Made by a program: the position numbers and the translations under genes. A stretch of DNA of 61,797 nucleotides, the filler included. It is 3 parts of 3 records of this genome, joined end to end, with 100 filler letters (N's around TTAATTAATTAA, not from the genome) between each part and the next. Parts side by side here need not be neighbours in the genome. Positions count along the whole stretch, not along the records: positions 1 to 27,316 come from DRR378314_1579; 2 more parts are not named here. One strand, given 5' to 3'. Positions 1-12,902 of this stretch are shown here, piece by piece. Positions within the stretch are counted from its first letter, which is position 1; every line of letters starts with the position of its first letter. The notes beneath the pieces were generated by a model. That model did no database searches. It was not told the DNA's origin and was given only the letters and a program-made list of their open reading frames with translations.

Positions 1-87
1 TGCGGCAGGCACCTCCGTTTCGGCACCGGCTTGCGCTGCAGGCGCTTCCTTTTCGGCACCGGCGTGTGCGGCAGGCGTTTCCTTTTC
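1..87. repeat. 33-bp coding tandem repeat (about 2.6 copies visible) in the BCS1 C-terminal tail
   Basis: Units 1-33, 34-66 and 67-87 align with a 33-bp period. They encode EKETPAAHAGA / EKEAPAAQAGA / ETEVPAA on the minus strand. Confidence 0.85.
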
Positions 88-1812
88 CACTGGCGCGCTC
101 GTTGCAGAAACCGCAGCGTCAGAGCTCGATGCCTGAGCTGCCACGCGCAAAAGGTCTTCCGCGCAACTCAGAGCCGTCTCAGGATCTCCCCGATGGTGTA
201 AGAAGTGGCCCTGGATTTGCGCCATTGAGCAGCGCTCGTTTCCAATACGGGAGGCGAACGCGCAAGCCAAGCGTGCAACCGTCTCCGCATCGTGCGGTGC
301 CTCCTTGCCGTCCTCTGCATGCGGGTCAACCTCGCCATCAATGCCGCAGTAGAACTGGACGAAAAGACGCTCGATCTGGCTCGTCGACGCAAGTCCGAGT
401 TCCACGCGCATGTCGACCCGCCCGGGGCGAATGAGAGCCGGGTCAAGTTTCTCAATGTGATTGGTAGTCATGAATACTACGCGTCCTTCTTGAGCGACCG
501 CGCCGTCGAGGCAATTGAGCAGTCCGGAAAGCGTGATCCCACCGGCGATTCCGCCAGGAGCAGGGCCGGCAGCGGCAACGGCATTGGAAGTACCGCCGGC
601 ACCTTCAGCCGCTTTCTGCGAGGCATCTTCGTCACGTCGATGAGACGCACCGTTCTGAAACGCAGCGTCGACGTCTTCAAGAAGGAGAATCGACCGCTGA
701 CGAGCGCTGTTTACGAGCGTCATCAGCGTTTCGTCGTCCATGCCCTTGCGCGCGACGCTCAACACGTACACGCTCATGTTGAGTTCGGCAGCAAGCGCAA
801 GGATGAAGGACGACTTTCCGCACCCTGGTGGTCCGTACAGCAAGTAACCCCGGCGGTACGGAATGCCGCGGAATCGGTACCACTTTGCGCCAAGGAGGAA
901 GCTCTGCACATCGTGCCGCAGTCGCTCGGTAGTGTCGTCATTAAGAATAACCGAGGACAGAGGGCGCGCGCGCCTCGATCCAAAGCGCGTCCAGTAGTCG
1001 CTGTTCGGAGTGTAGATCTGCATGCGGTCTTCCTCTCCAGTATGGTACTTGCGCAGCGCTTCATTCAGAAGCGCCTCGAGCGTCTCGCGGCGCCGGCTAC
1101 GGAGCACCATCTTCTCCAGCGTGCTCGCATCGCTTCGCGATCCCACAAGGACGCGCTTTTTCTCGTCTTTTTCAATGTATACAAGCTCGCCATTGTACCG
1201 CAGCAAATGACTTCCTGCAGAGGGAACTAGTTGCACGGTTGGGCGGCCATCGCTTGGCGGAGCATCTTCGTCGTCGCTCATGTCGTTGTAGTCGGCACGC
1301 GCCTCGAGCGAGCGCGCATCCTTCGAATACGCGTGCGCGGCAAGCCAATCCTCTACCCAAGCAATCACCTCGTCGTCGCTGTCCAGCGTGATCTCATAGT
1401 GCGTGCGCGACCAGAGAAACGATGCGACCGTGGATAGAGCATTGCGTGCAAAGTACAGGAGCGATGACAGAAGCATCAGCAGCAGCCCGCCGCTGAAGAA
1501 GGCATTCTGTATGAGCAGCTGTCGGACAAGCAGCACAGCAAGGCTCCACCATGGGCTAGCGTCAGCAGAAGCGTCGCCAACGACCTCCGCTGATCCGTTG
1601 CCAATCCCATCGTCTCCACCAGCCAGCATGGAAAACGCTGCAGCACTAAGATTGCACGCAGCCGATCCCATGCAGTCAAAGTTTCCCGCAGCCTCCGACG
1701 CTCCGGCACCGTCCGAAAGGACTGGGGTAATGTCGAGATAGGAAGAAAACACCGACGCGTGCGCTTGCGCGCGGGTATCGTTCATCGCCTCCGTCAATAG
1801 ATCGGCGAGCAT
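1..1812 (-). CDS. BCS1: Mitochondrial BCS1-like AAA ATPase, intronless, 3'-truncated by the window edge
   Basis: Manual minus-strand translation gives an uninterrupted frame from ATG 1812 to base 1. It contains an N-terminal TM segment NAFFSGGLLLM, RPLSSVIL, WYRFRGIPYRRGYLLYGPPGCGKSS (Walker A), ILLLEDVDAAF (Walker B), ITLSGLLNCLDG, FMTTNHIEKLDPALIRPGRVD and SMAQIQGHFL. The frame stays open upstream to about 2068, so the start is not certain. Confidence 0.93.
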   Translation of the reverse strand, partial: MLADLLTEAMNDTRAQAHASVFSSYLDITPVLSDGAGASEAAGNFDCMGSAACNLSAAAFSMLAGGDDGIGNGSAEVVGDASADASPWWSLAVLLVRQLLIQNAFFSGGLLLMLLSSLLYFARNALSTVASFLWSRTHYEITLDSDDEVIAWVEDWLAAHAYSKDARSLEARADYNDMSDDEDAPPSDGRPTVQLVPSAGSHLLRYNGELVYIEKDEKKRVLVGSRSDASTLEKMVLRSRRRETLEALLNEALRKYHTGEEDRMQIYTPNSDYWTRFGSRRARPLSSVILNDDTTERLRHDVQSFLLGAKWYRFRGIPYRRGYLLYGPPGCGKSSFILALAAELNMSVYVLSVARKGMDDETLMTLVNSARQRSILLLEDVDAAFQNGASHRRDEDASQKAAEGAGGTSNAVAAAGPAPGGIAGGITLSGLLNCLDGAVAQEGRVVFMTTNHIEKLDPALIRPGRVDMRVELGLASTSQIERLFVQFYCGIDGEVDPHAEDGKEAPHDAETVARLACAFASRIGNERCSMAQIQGHFLHHRGDPETALSCAEDLLRVAAQASSSDAAVSATSAPVEKETPAAHAGAEKEAPAAQAGAETEVPAA

Positions 1813-2298
1813 TTTTTGGTAGCTATGCGAATTTTTCTTCGGCCGCGGTACTTGGCTGAACTCGAGGCCAAAGAGGAGTGATAATATAGAATAAGTCGCC
1901 TTGGAATCCGCTGCCTCCTCGCACGGGCACGTTCGTATCCTGGCAAATAGGAATGCGGGTCTAGCTAGCCGTTGTCGATTCGGAAAACGAGGAAAGAAAG
2001 TCACAGGTCTCCTGCCACACAGACAAAGAATAAAGCTGGAAAAAGAACGCGCGCTCGTTTGCGATGCTCACGCAGTAACAGCCGCTGCTGCCAGGTACAA
2101 GAAGGGTCCTGCTCCGCGACTTGGAAAGAGCGCCGTTGAGGCGTGGAGAGAATAGATTATACACACAGGGGAGCGTTGGCGATCTTGAACACGAATCAGG
2201 AAATCCTGCAGCGACTAAGGAAAGATGTATACGCGTATACCTCGCTTCCACCTTAGAAGAGAAGAGCGATATCCCAAAACTTGATTCGATTGCCCCGC

Positions 2299-3555
2299 TC
2301 AGCGCTCAACGGCACTTGCGGCAAAAGCGCGGGCTGCGATGGTCGTCGCTATACTGCAAAATGTACGCCGACAGAAAGAAGAAGAGCAAGTGCCGCACAT
2401 GTTGGGCGTCAGAGCACCCCGCACAAACACATTCATGTACTCTTCGAAATACACAAATTCGGGGAGAATTGTTGGAGAGCAGGTAAGGCCAATGAGGCGC
2501 CTGGCCGACATAGTGCTCTGAGAGAGTGCTGGCCCACCCCGACGAGCGGCTGTGCCGGACGGCGGCCACGAACCGATCGGACACCTGCAAAGATGTCACT
2601 ACTAACTTTTTTTTTCGCACCGACGCCCCTTGCTCTTTGACGTGTACGCATAAGGGTTCAGCAACCAGAGCATGCTGATCAGGCAGCCGGATATGTGCTG
2701 GTTCGCTGGAGGGGAGTCGCTGTGCGGTGGGCTTGCGCTGGACGCCACACGACATCTGCACGGTCTGCAACTGTCGGGGAAAACCTGCAGTCCTGGCCGC
2801 CCTGCTGCCAGCGACTCTGAGACAGCACTGCGGCAAGCCAAAACCGCAAGTCTGTGCTTCCGTGCCGCAAGGCCCGCGCGCGCATTCTGCAGATTGAAAC
2901 GCTGCGCAGTCTTGGATGTTTCATACCAACGATCCTACATGCTCTTTCCCGCATCAACGTACTACTGGAATACAGAAGCAGCCCCGCCTGCACGTCTTGT
3001 ACGCGGCAGCTCTCCAGCGTAGCGCGCAGAAGAGCGCCAGGCGGGCCGCACACCCTGCGGCCCCTTTCGTGCGCACCGCCGCCGTAGTGCTACCAGCAGT
3101 GTGCCCGTGCCTGGCCCTCACAGCAAGTTTCCGCTGGGGAAATGGAGACGCACTTTCAGAACAACACTTAGACGCCCATTGTGCCTGAAATGCACCGCAA
3201 GCACGGGTCTCCTGCCCAGCCGGCAAGAAGAACGAGCAACAGTGCATATCATAATCACCTCGAAACACTACCCCATTCCGTTTCAGAGAAGACGCTACGC
3301 GTGTACCTCACCAACGCACGGAGGGTGCGGCGGCGAGCACCCTCGGAGCTTTCCCTGGCGAGGAGCTGGAAATGGAGGCTCGGGCTCTCTTTCCGGCTGT
3401 CCCGAGCGACCATCGCCCTCGCCTGGCCGCGTAGAGGCGCAACGGATGCGCAGTTGCAGAAGCACTTTCTACTGCGGGACCACACCCCCAAGAGCCGACA
3501 AGAACCACCGCAGAGAGAGAAAAGAGAGAGCTATGTACATACATTCTTTCGCCAT
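2299..3555 (-). CDS. Possible multi-exon hypothetical gene (exon chain unresolved)
   Basis: Minus-strand donors and acceptors with pyrimidine tracts are present (e.g. ATGGCGAAAGAAT|gtatg at 3555, and ...ttttgcag before a terminal SIATTIAARAFAASAVER*). No recognisable domain. Confidence 0.25.
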
Positions 3556-4629
3556 TCGCGCGAGGGAGAAAAAAATCACATCTGGTCAGTGTGGCGGCCG
3601 CCCCATGCTCGCGTCTTGCACGCTCCCGGCGGGAAGGAGCAACAGGTGTGTTCGCTACACGCGAGCGTCCGTTGCTGCCTACTGTCGCGCTGTTGCACCC
3701 GAGCCACAAAAGTGCTCGCCACTCCAGAATGACAATCGGAAACATACAAAAACGCACCTTCAGGTAAAATATAATGAAAGCAACGAGCCTCTAGTGATTT
3801 TCTTTCTCTCGAAACGAGAAAAGAGGCAAACACTGTGGCACACGAGAAAGCGTAGCGGCCAAATATAGTCGCTGGTGGCTCGCGTCGCCGGGAGAGCAAG
3901 TGCTCGCCGGATCCTTAACTTGCCGGAAGGGCGCGGCGCGGCTAGCGGTATTTAACCATGCGGAGAGGACCGGAAATTAAACCCACGGTTCTAGGGGTAC
4001 GGATACCGACTTGGGAGCTCCTAAATCCAATCCCGTCCTGCCCTCGCGCAGCGTGTAGCTCACTGCCCGGTCCACCCGAGATCGCAGACCATCCGGCGGG
4101 CAGCGAACTCAGTATTCCTCGAACCAATCGTTGCCATCCCAACACGTATGCAACAGCTTTCGGACGATTGGACCGCTTCCGGAGGTGTTGGACGGCGAGC
4201 TCTCTAGGTATGGGTGCGCGAGTGCTTGTGGAGGGAACGGAAGCCTCGTAGAATCCGCCGAACGCAGGTACAATTTCCTTTATTACATATACGCGCAGGT
4301 CGCACGTGCAGTTCTCGCACAAACGCATGAAGCGAAATTGTCTTCTTTCTTTGCTAACGCAATATCGCAGCTGAGAGTACAAGACAGCAGCGGGCAGATG
4401 CTAAGCACACAGGCACGAGCTGCGCTCTCCTTCCACGCGCGCGAGCCCTTGGGTCGTTCACCTCCCACACCCACCCGTGCAACTGAACCGCATCATTTGC
4501 GTAACAAAGGTTGCGCTTTCATAACAGAGACCGCCTCGAGCGAGAAATAACAGCATAACAGGACGCAAAAGCGAAAACCCTTTCATGCCAGTACATGCAG
4601 CGCACACTCCGATTTCACCAACTCCGCAT

Positions 4630-7163
4630 TCACAAGAGGAAGGAACTGATACCGGCGACAGGATTGTAACGAAGGTACATGGACACTATCAAGGCTGCTG
4701 TGTGCGCTTGTGCACGAAGCAAAACATAAATTTTCGAGGCAAACCAGTATCGCAAACGAGGCGGCTCGGCCTCACGGTACTCGACGGGGAGAGGGAAAAG
4801 ACGGCTCGCCACTGCGCCATCCCTGGGAGTGCAGAGACTGATCTCGCATCTCCGCAAGATCCACATGCACCGATAAACTGAAACCGTATCGTGCGACTGT
4901 GCAGATACCTACACATGTAGACACGATCAGCAGGTTGCATTGCCTCTCGTTCCAGCAGCACAGAACGCGGGACCTACTTGCGACTTGAATCCCCAAGAGT
5001 ACGGCTCTTCGGGTTCGATACGATCTCGACGGCTTGCTGCGAGCGACGCCGCTGCGAAATAGAAGACAATTCCGCATCTGGGCGGCGCTTTCGAGAAGAT
5101 GAGGTTGCATGCGCAGACTGAGGCTCGTCGTAGAGGTCGCCCGGGGCGACTGCAGCAGCAAGAATTGGGCATCACGCCGACAAGGTACGAAAGAAGGCTC
5201 GTGTCAAAGCGGGGGTACCTCGCAGTCGCGGGCGGAAATGCAAGAATTGGTTCGTCATCTGAGGGGACTTTATGCAAGATCTTGTGTTAAGGATTCACGG
5301 CTACGGAGCCGGCTGACTACCACGTGTACACAATGGTGAAAAAGGTGCCGCCTTCGCCGAGCTCTGCGTACCTCCAACACGGATCGGTTGGCGAGCGCTT
5401 CCAACGTTCGCCTCGTCGTAGAGAATTCGGTCCGTTTCTACAATCTTATTCTGCACGAGAACCACGGGGACAACGGGCAACACGCGTAGAGGTTAAATAC
5501 ACACACTACAGTGCGCTTGCGATGAATCGCTCTTTGAAGCCCACGCAGAGTTGCGGATCATCGGCGGAACGCACCCTGAGTTCGCGTATGTGGGCGGCAC
5601 TCGCCTGCCGCTGCTGCCGCACAGCCATCATTGGCGATAGCATTCCAGTACGCGGGCCCCCCGATTGTGACGCGGACGAGCGAACTGCAGGCACGAGAAA
5701 ACGACGACAATGAAGAAAATGAACGTTCTATCGCAACTACCGGAGCTGGAAAACGAGAGAATCTGATTCTCCTTGCACAGCCAACGATACCAGTGAGTGC
5801 AGACCGGCGGCGTCCTGCCCAGCAAAGGGAGCCAACACTCGCCCACAACAATAATAGTAAACAAGAAACCCCGCATCATTGCGCACATGGCACAAATAAA
5901 TCGGGCTAGTCAAACGATGATATAGGAAAAAATAACATATGAGCGGCAGCCCGGGGAATAGGCTTCGGCGCGGGGCATGATACACGCGCGCGCGTTTCTT
6001 GAAACAAACGCGATACTCAGGCTGCTGCGGGAACTGGCTTGCCGCTGTACCATTTGTGGCGCGCTTCACACCCACTAGTGCGCCGAGCTGGAACCCAAGC
6101 CTTGCATACAGTGCATACGGATACGGGTGAAACGAAGGAGGCCGCATTCTTCTTGTTACGCTCTATCAGGAAGAAAGTGCCTTGCGAAACGCAACTTGTT
6201 GCTGACCGTGGTGACTGCGGCCGCTCGACTTCGGCAGCGTTCTCGCTGCTCAGCCGGCGGCGATCGCGCGCAAGGCCAGCGTCGGACACAGCTGTCTCGA
6301 GAACGTCTCCACCGTCAAGGCTTTCCTCCGCATCCCCACGCAGGAGGTCGCTCTGATCTGCCACATCTTCTTCGTTGATATGGCGAAGAACCAGGTTACT
6401 GGAGTTAGGGTCCATGCTCTGGTGCCCACGTGAGGATATCGGCTGTGCGGCAATTCCTCGCCCTTCGGGAGAAAGCCGCGGCGTTCCGTCAGCCGCGCGC
6501 TCTGCCGCTTGCGAGTTGTGAAGGAGCCGCAGCACCGCATCCTCGACGGTCCGCAGGCGCTGCTCCAAACTGATAAGAACGCGCGTTATCTGATACTCAG
6601 TCGACGAGATTCCCTACACACAATCGCATGCGAAAATTTACCGTTATGGTGACCCATAGTTACAACAAAGAAGCGAACATAGACGAGGGTGTAGCACATA
6701 GCCGCAGATGAGGGCTACGCTCTGGCGAGTCGCACGCAGTGTGGTCAGCGCGCGAAACTCTCGCTGCGGGTGAGACGCAGGCGCTGGTGCCGCTATGCGC
6801 AGCGGCAAGCGCACCACGCACCGACGCAACGCCAACCGGAGACGAGCCAGGCATTTCTAGTGGAGCAGGAACACCAGTGGCCGTGTGACAGTCATGGATA
6901 TCGCCGTTTCCCCCGGCCTCGCTCTTCACCGTCCCTTCGCGCGCTTCTGGAACATGCACAATGCCATGCCCGCTCTGTCCTGGTCCGCCGTCGCTCGACT
7001 GGCTGCGGTCGATGGAGAGGCCCGACGGCGAACGCCCGCGCGCACGCTCTTTCGTTCCGTCTTCAACATTTGTAATCGAGTCAACCGCAGTGGATTTTTC
7101 GTCGCTCTCGCCTACCACTGAAAGGCACGGCGCTGCCTGCCCCAGCGTCGACCGCGTCTTCAT
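4630..7163 (-). CDS. Multi-exon hypothetical protein with a low-complexity, likely disordered N-terminus and a short coiled coil
   Basis: Exon-like blocks are bounded by GT-AG: MKTRSTL...PVGVAS|GISSTEYQITRVLISLEQRLRTVEDAVLRLL..., ...HIRELR|NKIVETDRILYDEANV...|DDEPILAFPPATA. Both ends are uncertain and no family was recognised. Confidence 0.45.
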
Positions 7164-7659
7164 CGCGCGACAAGTGTCTACACAAACAAAAAACACACAC
7201 AAGCAAGGTCGCTCACGTAAGAGAAAACAGGCAGGCGCGAGGCAAGGAAGCACGCAGCGCTCACGCACGCTCAACAGGAAAGGTTCCATCCGATTTCTAG
7301 CCCGAAAAATGTCCTTCCGAAGGATCCTAAAATCGAAACGAACGAGACTGCATCGCGCCTGAGAAGGCGCGCAGTTGACCACACCCCGCATACCAGAGCT
7401 ACGGGCGACGTCAGGACGCGCGCTCGCACGAGACGCACGTGGAACGCGTCGCGCCAAAAGCGGTTTCCAGCCCGCACAGGAACGAAGACGCGGCAAGCTG
7501 CCAAGCCCACCTGAATCTCAACCCTAACTAGAACGTAGTTACAGATCATTATTTTGATGAGAACGAAGAAAGCCAAACTTGTGTTGTGATCGGGATATAG
7601 CAAAACCTAGTGTTGAGTGTTGAGTAGTCTAGCAAAAATACCGGATCGCACAAACCAAA

Positions 7660-10600
7660 ATGTCTCCATCTGAGACTAGGGCGAGGGCACTTAGTTCTTC
7701 GACTTCGCGGCGTCAAATGGGCGTAGTCTCGTGTTTCCGTCTTTCTCGAAAATCCTCAGCGGAGCTCCGTGCTGGCGTGCCTTGTGCTCGGTTGGCGCTC
7801 CTGTACGTGGCTCTGGGTTCAAGCGTACTTGTGAATTCTTTGTCTTCTCTTCTAACGTGGCCTTTATTTTTCGATCTGAGTTTGTCTTGAATTGAAAGAG
7901 TGCCCGCATCGAAGCCTCGCACGAAGACGCAATGAAGGGAGTGTCTGCAGCAACTGGAGTTGCCGAAGTCCTTGCGTCATTGGTAGAGCGGCCACTGCAC
8001 AACCATTCTCCCCGTTCCAGGGAGCTCTTGCATGCCCTCGTAAGCGCACTTATCGCATCTTATGAGCAGCGAAGCTCGTCGAATGACGAAATCGTTCGAG
8101 TTTTACACAGCAAGGTGCGCGAAGTCGGCGCTCTTATGCGCCGCAAGCCGCGGCGAGCGTCCTTTCCACAAGCCGAGCCCACGCAGTAGGACAGTTTGTC
8201 GCCCCGCTTCCCCCATCCGCGTGGATTACCACAGAAGAAAGAATATCTGGCATGCACTATAGTCTCTTCCTCATTTTATGTTCTTGGCATTGTTGGGGGG
8301 AATTGGGTGTGTGCGATCGTGCAGGCGGAGGCGTTCGCTTCGCAGGATGGCTTGCGAGCTGCTCTTGCGCTTGCTACGGCAGCGTTTGCCCAGCAGCCGC
8401 AGCTGCGCGAGCTCTTTGCGTTTTTCGCGCGAATTATCCAGGTACGCACCACGCCAGTTGGCCGATAGACGCACTTGCAGCTTTCAAGATTGTCTTTCTT
8501 ACTTGTGATACCTGGGTGGCGTGGGTTCCAGGGCACGAGGTTGCCTTGCACGGTCCTCGTGCACTGCTGTCTGCGTGAGTTGGTGCTTTCGCTCCACGGT
8601 TGGACGCACACACGCGATAAGTTCTCTGCTGCGGGAGCTCGTCTATGTATACCCTGCTGCGCCTCTCACTGTACCGGGGATTTTGACGTATCGGGTGTGT
8701 TGTCATCATATGTATCATATGTGTGCATTTCTTTGTTTAGAGGACTCTTGCTATTGGGCCAGGCGCTATGAGTCAAGCACTGCGCAAAGACGCTGACAGT
8801 CCCTTCGTTGCCGAGGAGTGGCTAGGTACGTGCTGCGAAGCAGTCAAGAGCTCGCACTGCCGCGCCTGTCCCCATGTACCTTTCGGTAAGGAAAAAATGC
8901 GTATTGTTGTCGCCACGAATTTGGATCATATTGTAGCGGTTGCTATTTTCTGTCGCTATGCTGGTCTCTCTTGCGGAGTAGGTGTCCAAGCGCAAGGAGA
9001 GAGGCGGACTGTCACTATGGAGCTGCTTGCACGATTCCAGCCGATCGTCGCCGCAGTACTCCAAGGGACGATAACCGAGGAGTTGGCCCCGCCCTCACCA
9101 TCTGACGCAGAGAGTTCCTCCGCTTCACCAATCAACAGTGATGTTACAGAGGAGACGGTACGTTGTAGCTTACACAGCAAGTTTAGCCGTCGATCGTGCA
9201 CGGGCGCAAAAGGAGCCTGCCCGGCACTTGCCCGCTTGGCCGTGACGCGCTTGTTTCTGTGGCTGACGATTCCCCTGCCGTTTGCTCTTGATGGCTGGAA
9301 CGACGCCGACTTTGCATGATTCCGCAAAAAGAGCCCTCCTTTAATGTATTGGATTGTTATCATTTTCAATTTCAACAGAGAGGTGCACCCAGAGCAAGTT
9401 GCTTGTTGGGGGCCACGTGGTTGAATCTGCGGTGTACGAGGGAGAGAGGGAGGTCTTCTTTCGAACCGGGGCGACTGTTGCCTGTCAACGCATTCCGCTC
9501 TCTGTCTCCTTCTTCGTGAAACCACGCGTTTACGCTTACCGCGCGTACGCCGTGCAGATCAAGCGACTTGTTTCAGCGTTGAGTGATCCCAAGGAGCCCG
9601 ACGAGGCGCGCGAAGCAGCTTTTATGCACATCACGAGGCTTGCTGTGAATGCAGACGCACTTGGGCAGGTTCATCGGTGTGTTGACGAAGGACAAAGTGG
9701 GACCGCTCAGTCGAATCTTTGTCTTTGTGTCTGCTTGAACTTGGCTGTTCCTTCAACTTGCTTTTTATCATATCAATCGATGAAGAAAAAATGTGGATAT
9801 AATGAAAAGGTAAAGAAGTTTGAATCAATATGAAGGCGGGCGTGGCGGTGGCTGCCTGACGATCGTGTGTGTATCCTGCTGTCGTTTCCATGTGCATTTT
9901 TCACCGGCGGCGGTCCGTTTGTCGTGCAGCCTTGGCGGGACGGAGAAGGCGCTTGCGTTCGCCATTGACCAATCCGTTAACCCTGCAATTCGTCAGCGCG
10001 CGGTGGAGCTTCTCTCCGTGCTATCCTCGAAGTCGCATGGACTGTGGATCCGACGTGATGTAGAAAAGCTGGTCGCAACGAGCGCTGCTCTATGGCGCGA
10101 GCAAACAAGGGAGGGTCTCTCTGTCCCTCCAGCGCAGCTTGCGCGCGCTGCTGTACCGACACTCGAGTTTCTCGCGAATGCGCCAGCCCTCGCTGGTCGC
10201 AGCGCAGTGCCCGATGACGTAATACCGCTCCTGGAAGCTGTCCCAAGTATGCTAGCGCACGGAGGCGCTACTGCTACTGTCGCCATGTGTGTAGTATTCG
10301 CTGTCCGGAATGCGCTGCTACGCGCCAGCGCTCGTGTGGATGCTGGCACGCAGCGCGACTCGCTCGTATGCCCTCTGGCGCGCACCTGTGCTGCCCTGAT
10401 CGAACAGCCGTCGTCCGATGGCACCGACCCGGTTCTCGTGTACATGCTAGAGTCGCTAAGGGTAAGTTCTTTGCAGAACTACGTCGCCATGATCGCTGCC
10501 TTTTTGGATACTGTCTTGGGGAGGATGACATCGCTCACAAGATGCACGTTCTTTCGTCCAAAGTTCCGACCTTTCCGCTCACGCGAGAGGCGTTGCCTGC

Positions 10601-11663
10601 TGGAACCTGTGGCAGCTACATACGTGTTCAGTTTGTCGAGACAGGCTGCACGTGCGCCACTTTGGTTAGACGTAGCTCCTCCAGCATCTGCGGGAACAGC
10701 ATACCCTTCCCACACTGTTTATGCGCGCGGGTGCATGTCGCTCTACTCTGCACCGCCCTGTTTATACGCGGTATCGTATGCAACCGTGTAGGAGTATACC
10801 GCCCGTGGCAGCGAGTCGTGGGAGAAGACTGGTCTGTCGCGCGATCTTGTTGTTCTGAGCATCGAACAGCGCACACAGCTGCCATCCGCGGCGGCAGGAG
10901 CCGTTGCGCTTTCCGCCGCTGAGCTGCTCGCGGTCCTTTCAGGTGTGTTTCATGCGAATGGTGTTCCGGTGTTGATGCGCGAGAAGTGCATGTTCGGTGC
11001 CGTAACGTGGAATGAAGAGTAGCGACGCGTATATCTGCCTTTGTGGTCTGCGATCCGAGCTTTATTGTTCGCTATCAAGCACGACTACGGCGTCGGTCAT
11101 TGTACCAGCAGTCACCGCCGGTGTCTTTTGAACTCACTGCAACGGAATTTTGTGCTCCAAGGCTTTGCGCCGTCGCTGAATCTACGGCTGCCGCCTCCCG
11201 TCCCGCCGCGCGCTTCCTGACCTCCGAGCAGACCCAGGAGCGCGCGCGTTGGCGTCCATTGTCACACTGCTGGACTTTCGTGAAGATGGAAAGCTGCTAA
11301 AGGAGCAGCGAGTACCGTGGTCAGGTGCGTCCCGTCAGCACGCAAGCGCTGGTAACAAACGCTGCGGCCGGCGCGCTGCGCCTGCCGCGTGCAAGGACTT
11401 TCACGCGGGATCGCAAATGCGCCCAGCGCCATTGGCTGAAGCGAAGTGATTACGCCTCCTGTGCAGCATGTGGAATTTTGTCAAGACTAAGCAAAGGTGA
11501 AGCGGTGGCAAAGGAGCTCGCGCGTAGCGACCAGTGCATCGAAGCAGTTGCGCGATTGGACAGAGCCTGCGCTGCGGCGGGCGCTCCGGAAGGTGTTGGT
11601 ATCCGGGCGGCGTGCGCGCGCATTTCCGCGGCTGTACGTCAAGCGCAGCTGCCGTCAGCGTGA
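7660..11663 (+). CDS. Multi-exon ARM/HEAT-repeat-like alpha-helical protein
   Basis: About 9 phase-consistent GT-AG exons, e.g. IKRLVSALSDPKEPDEAREAAFMHITRLAV, AIRQRAVELLSVLS and ACGILSRLSKGEAVAKEL...QLPSA*. The Leu/Ala-rich helical pattern suggests ARM/HEAT. The start could be 7660 or 7932. Confidence 0.65.
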
Positions 11664-11847
11664 TCGTATGTGCACGGAGATGATATAATCGCAACAATGG
11701 GAAACAAATATATTGAAACGATGGCTAGCATTTCGTCCTCGAGCACGCCTGATCCTGCTATTGAGCAGCGGCCACCATGCGGAGCGGTACACGCGTCTCC
11801 GCCGTGCCGCTGCCGAGCATGGGAAACCGCGGCGCAATCGCAACCAG

Positions 11848-12902
<1,055 letters not shown>

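Noticed and set aside
292..1230. 312-aa plus-strand ORF, initially suspected to be part of a retroelement
   Set aside because: It is the antisense shadow of the BCS1 coding frame and has no RT or integrase motifs.
4975..5040. RTRRAVLLGI, resembling the metacaspase N-terminal 'KRAVLIGINY' motif
   Set aside because: No downstream catalytic SGHG or DxCHSG motifs were found in any plausible exon.
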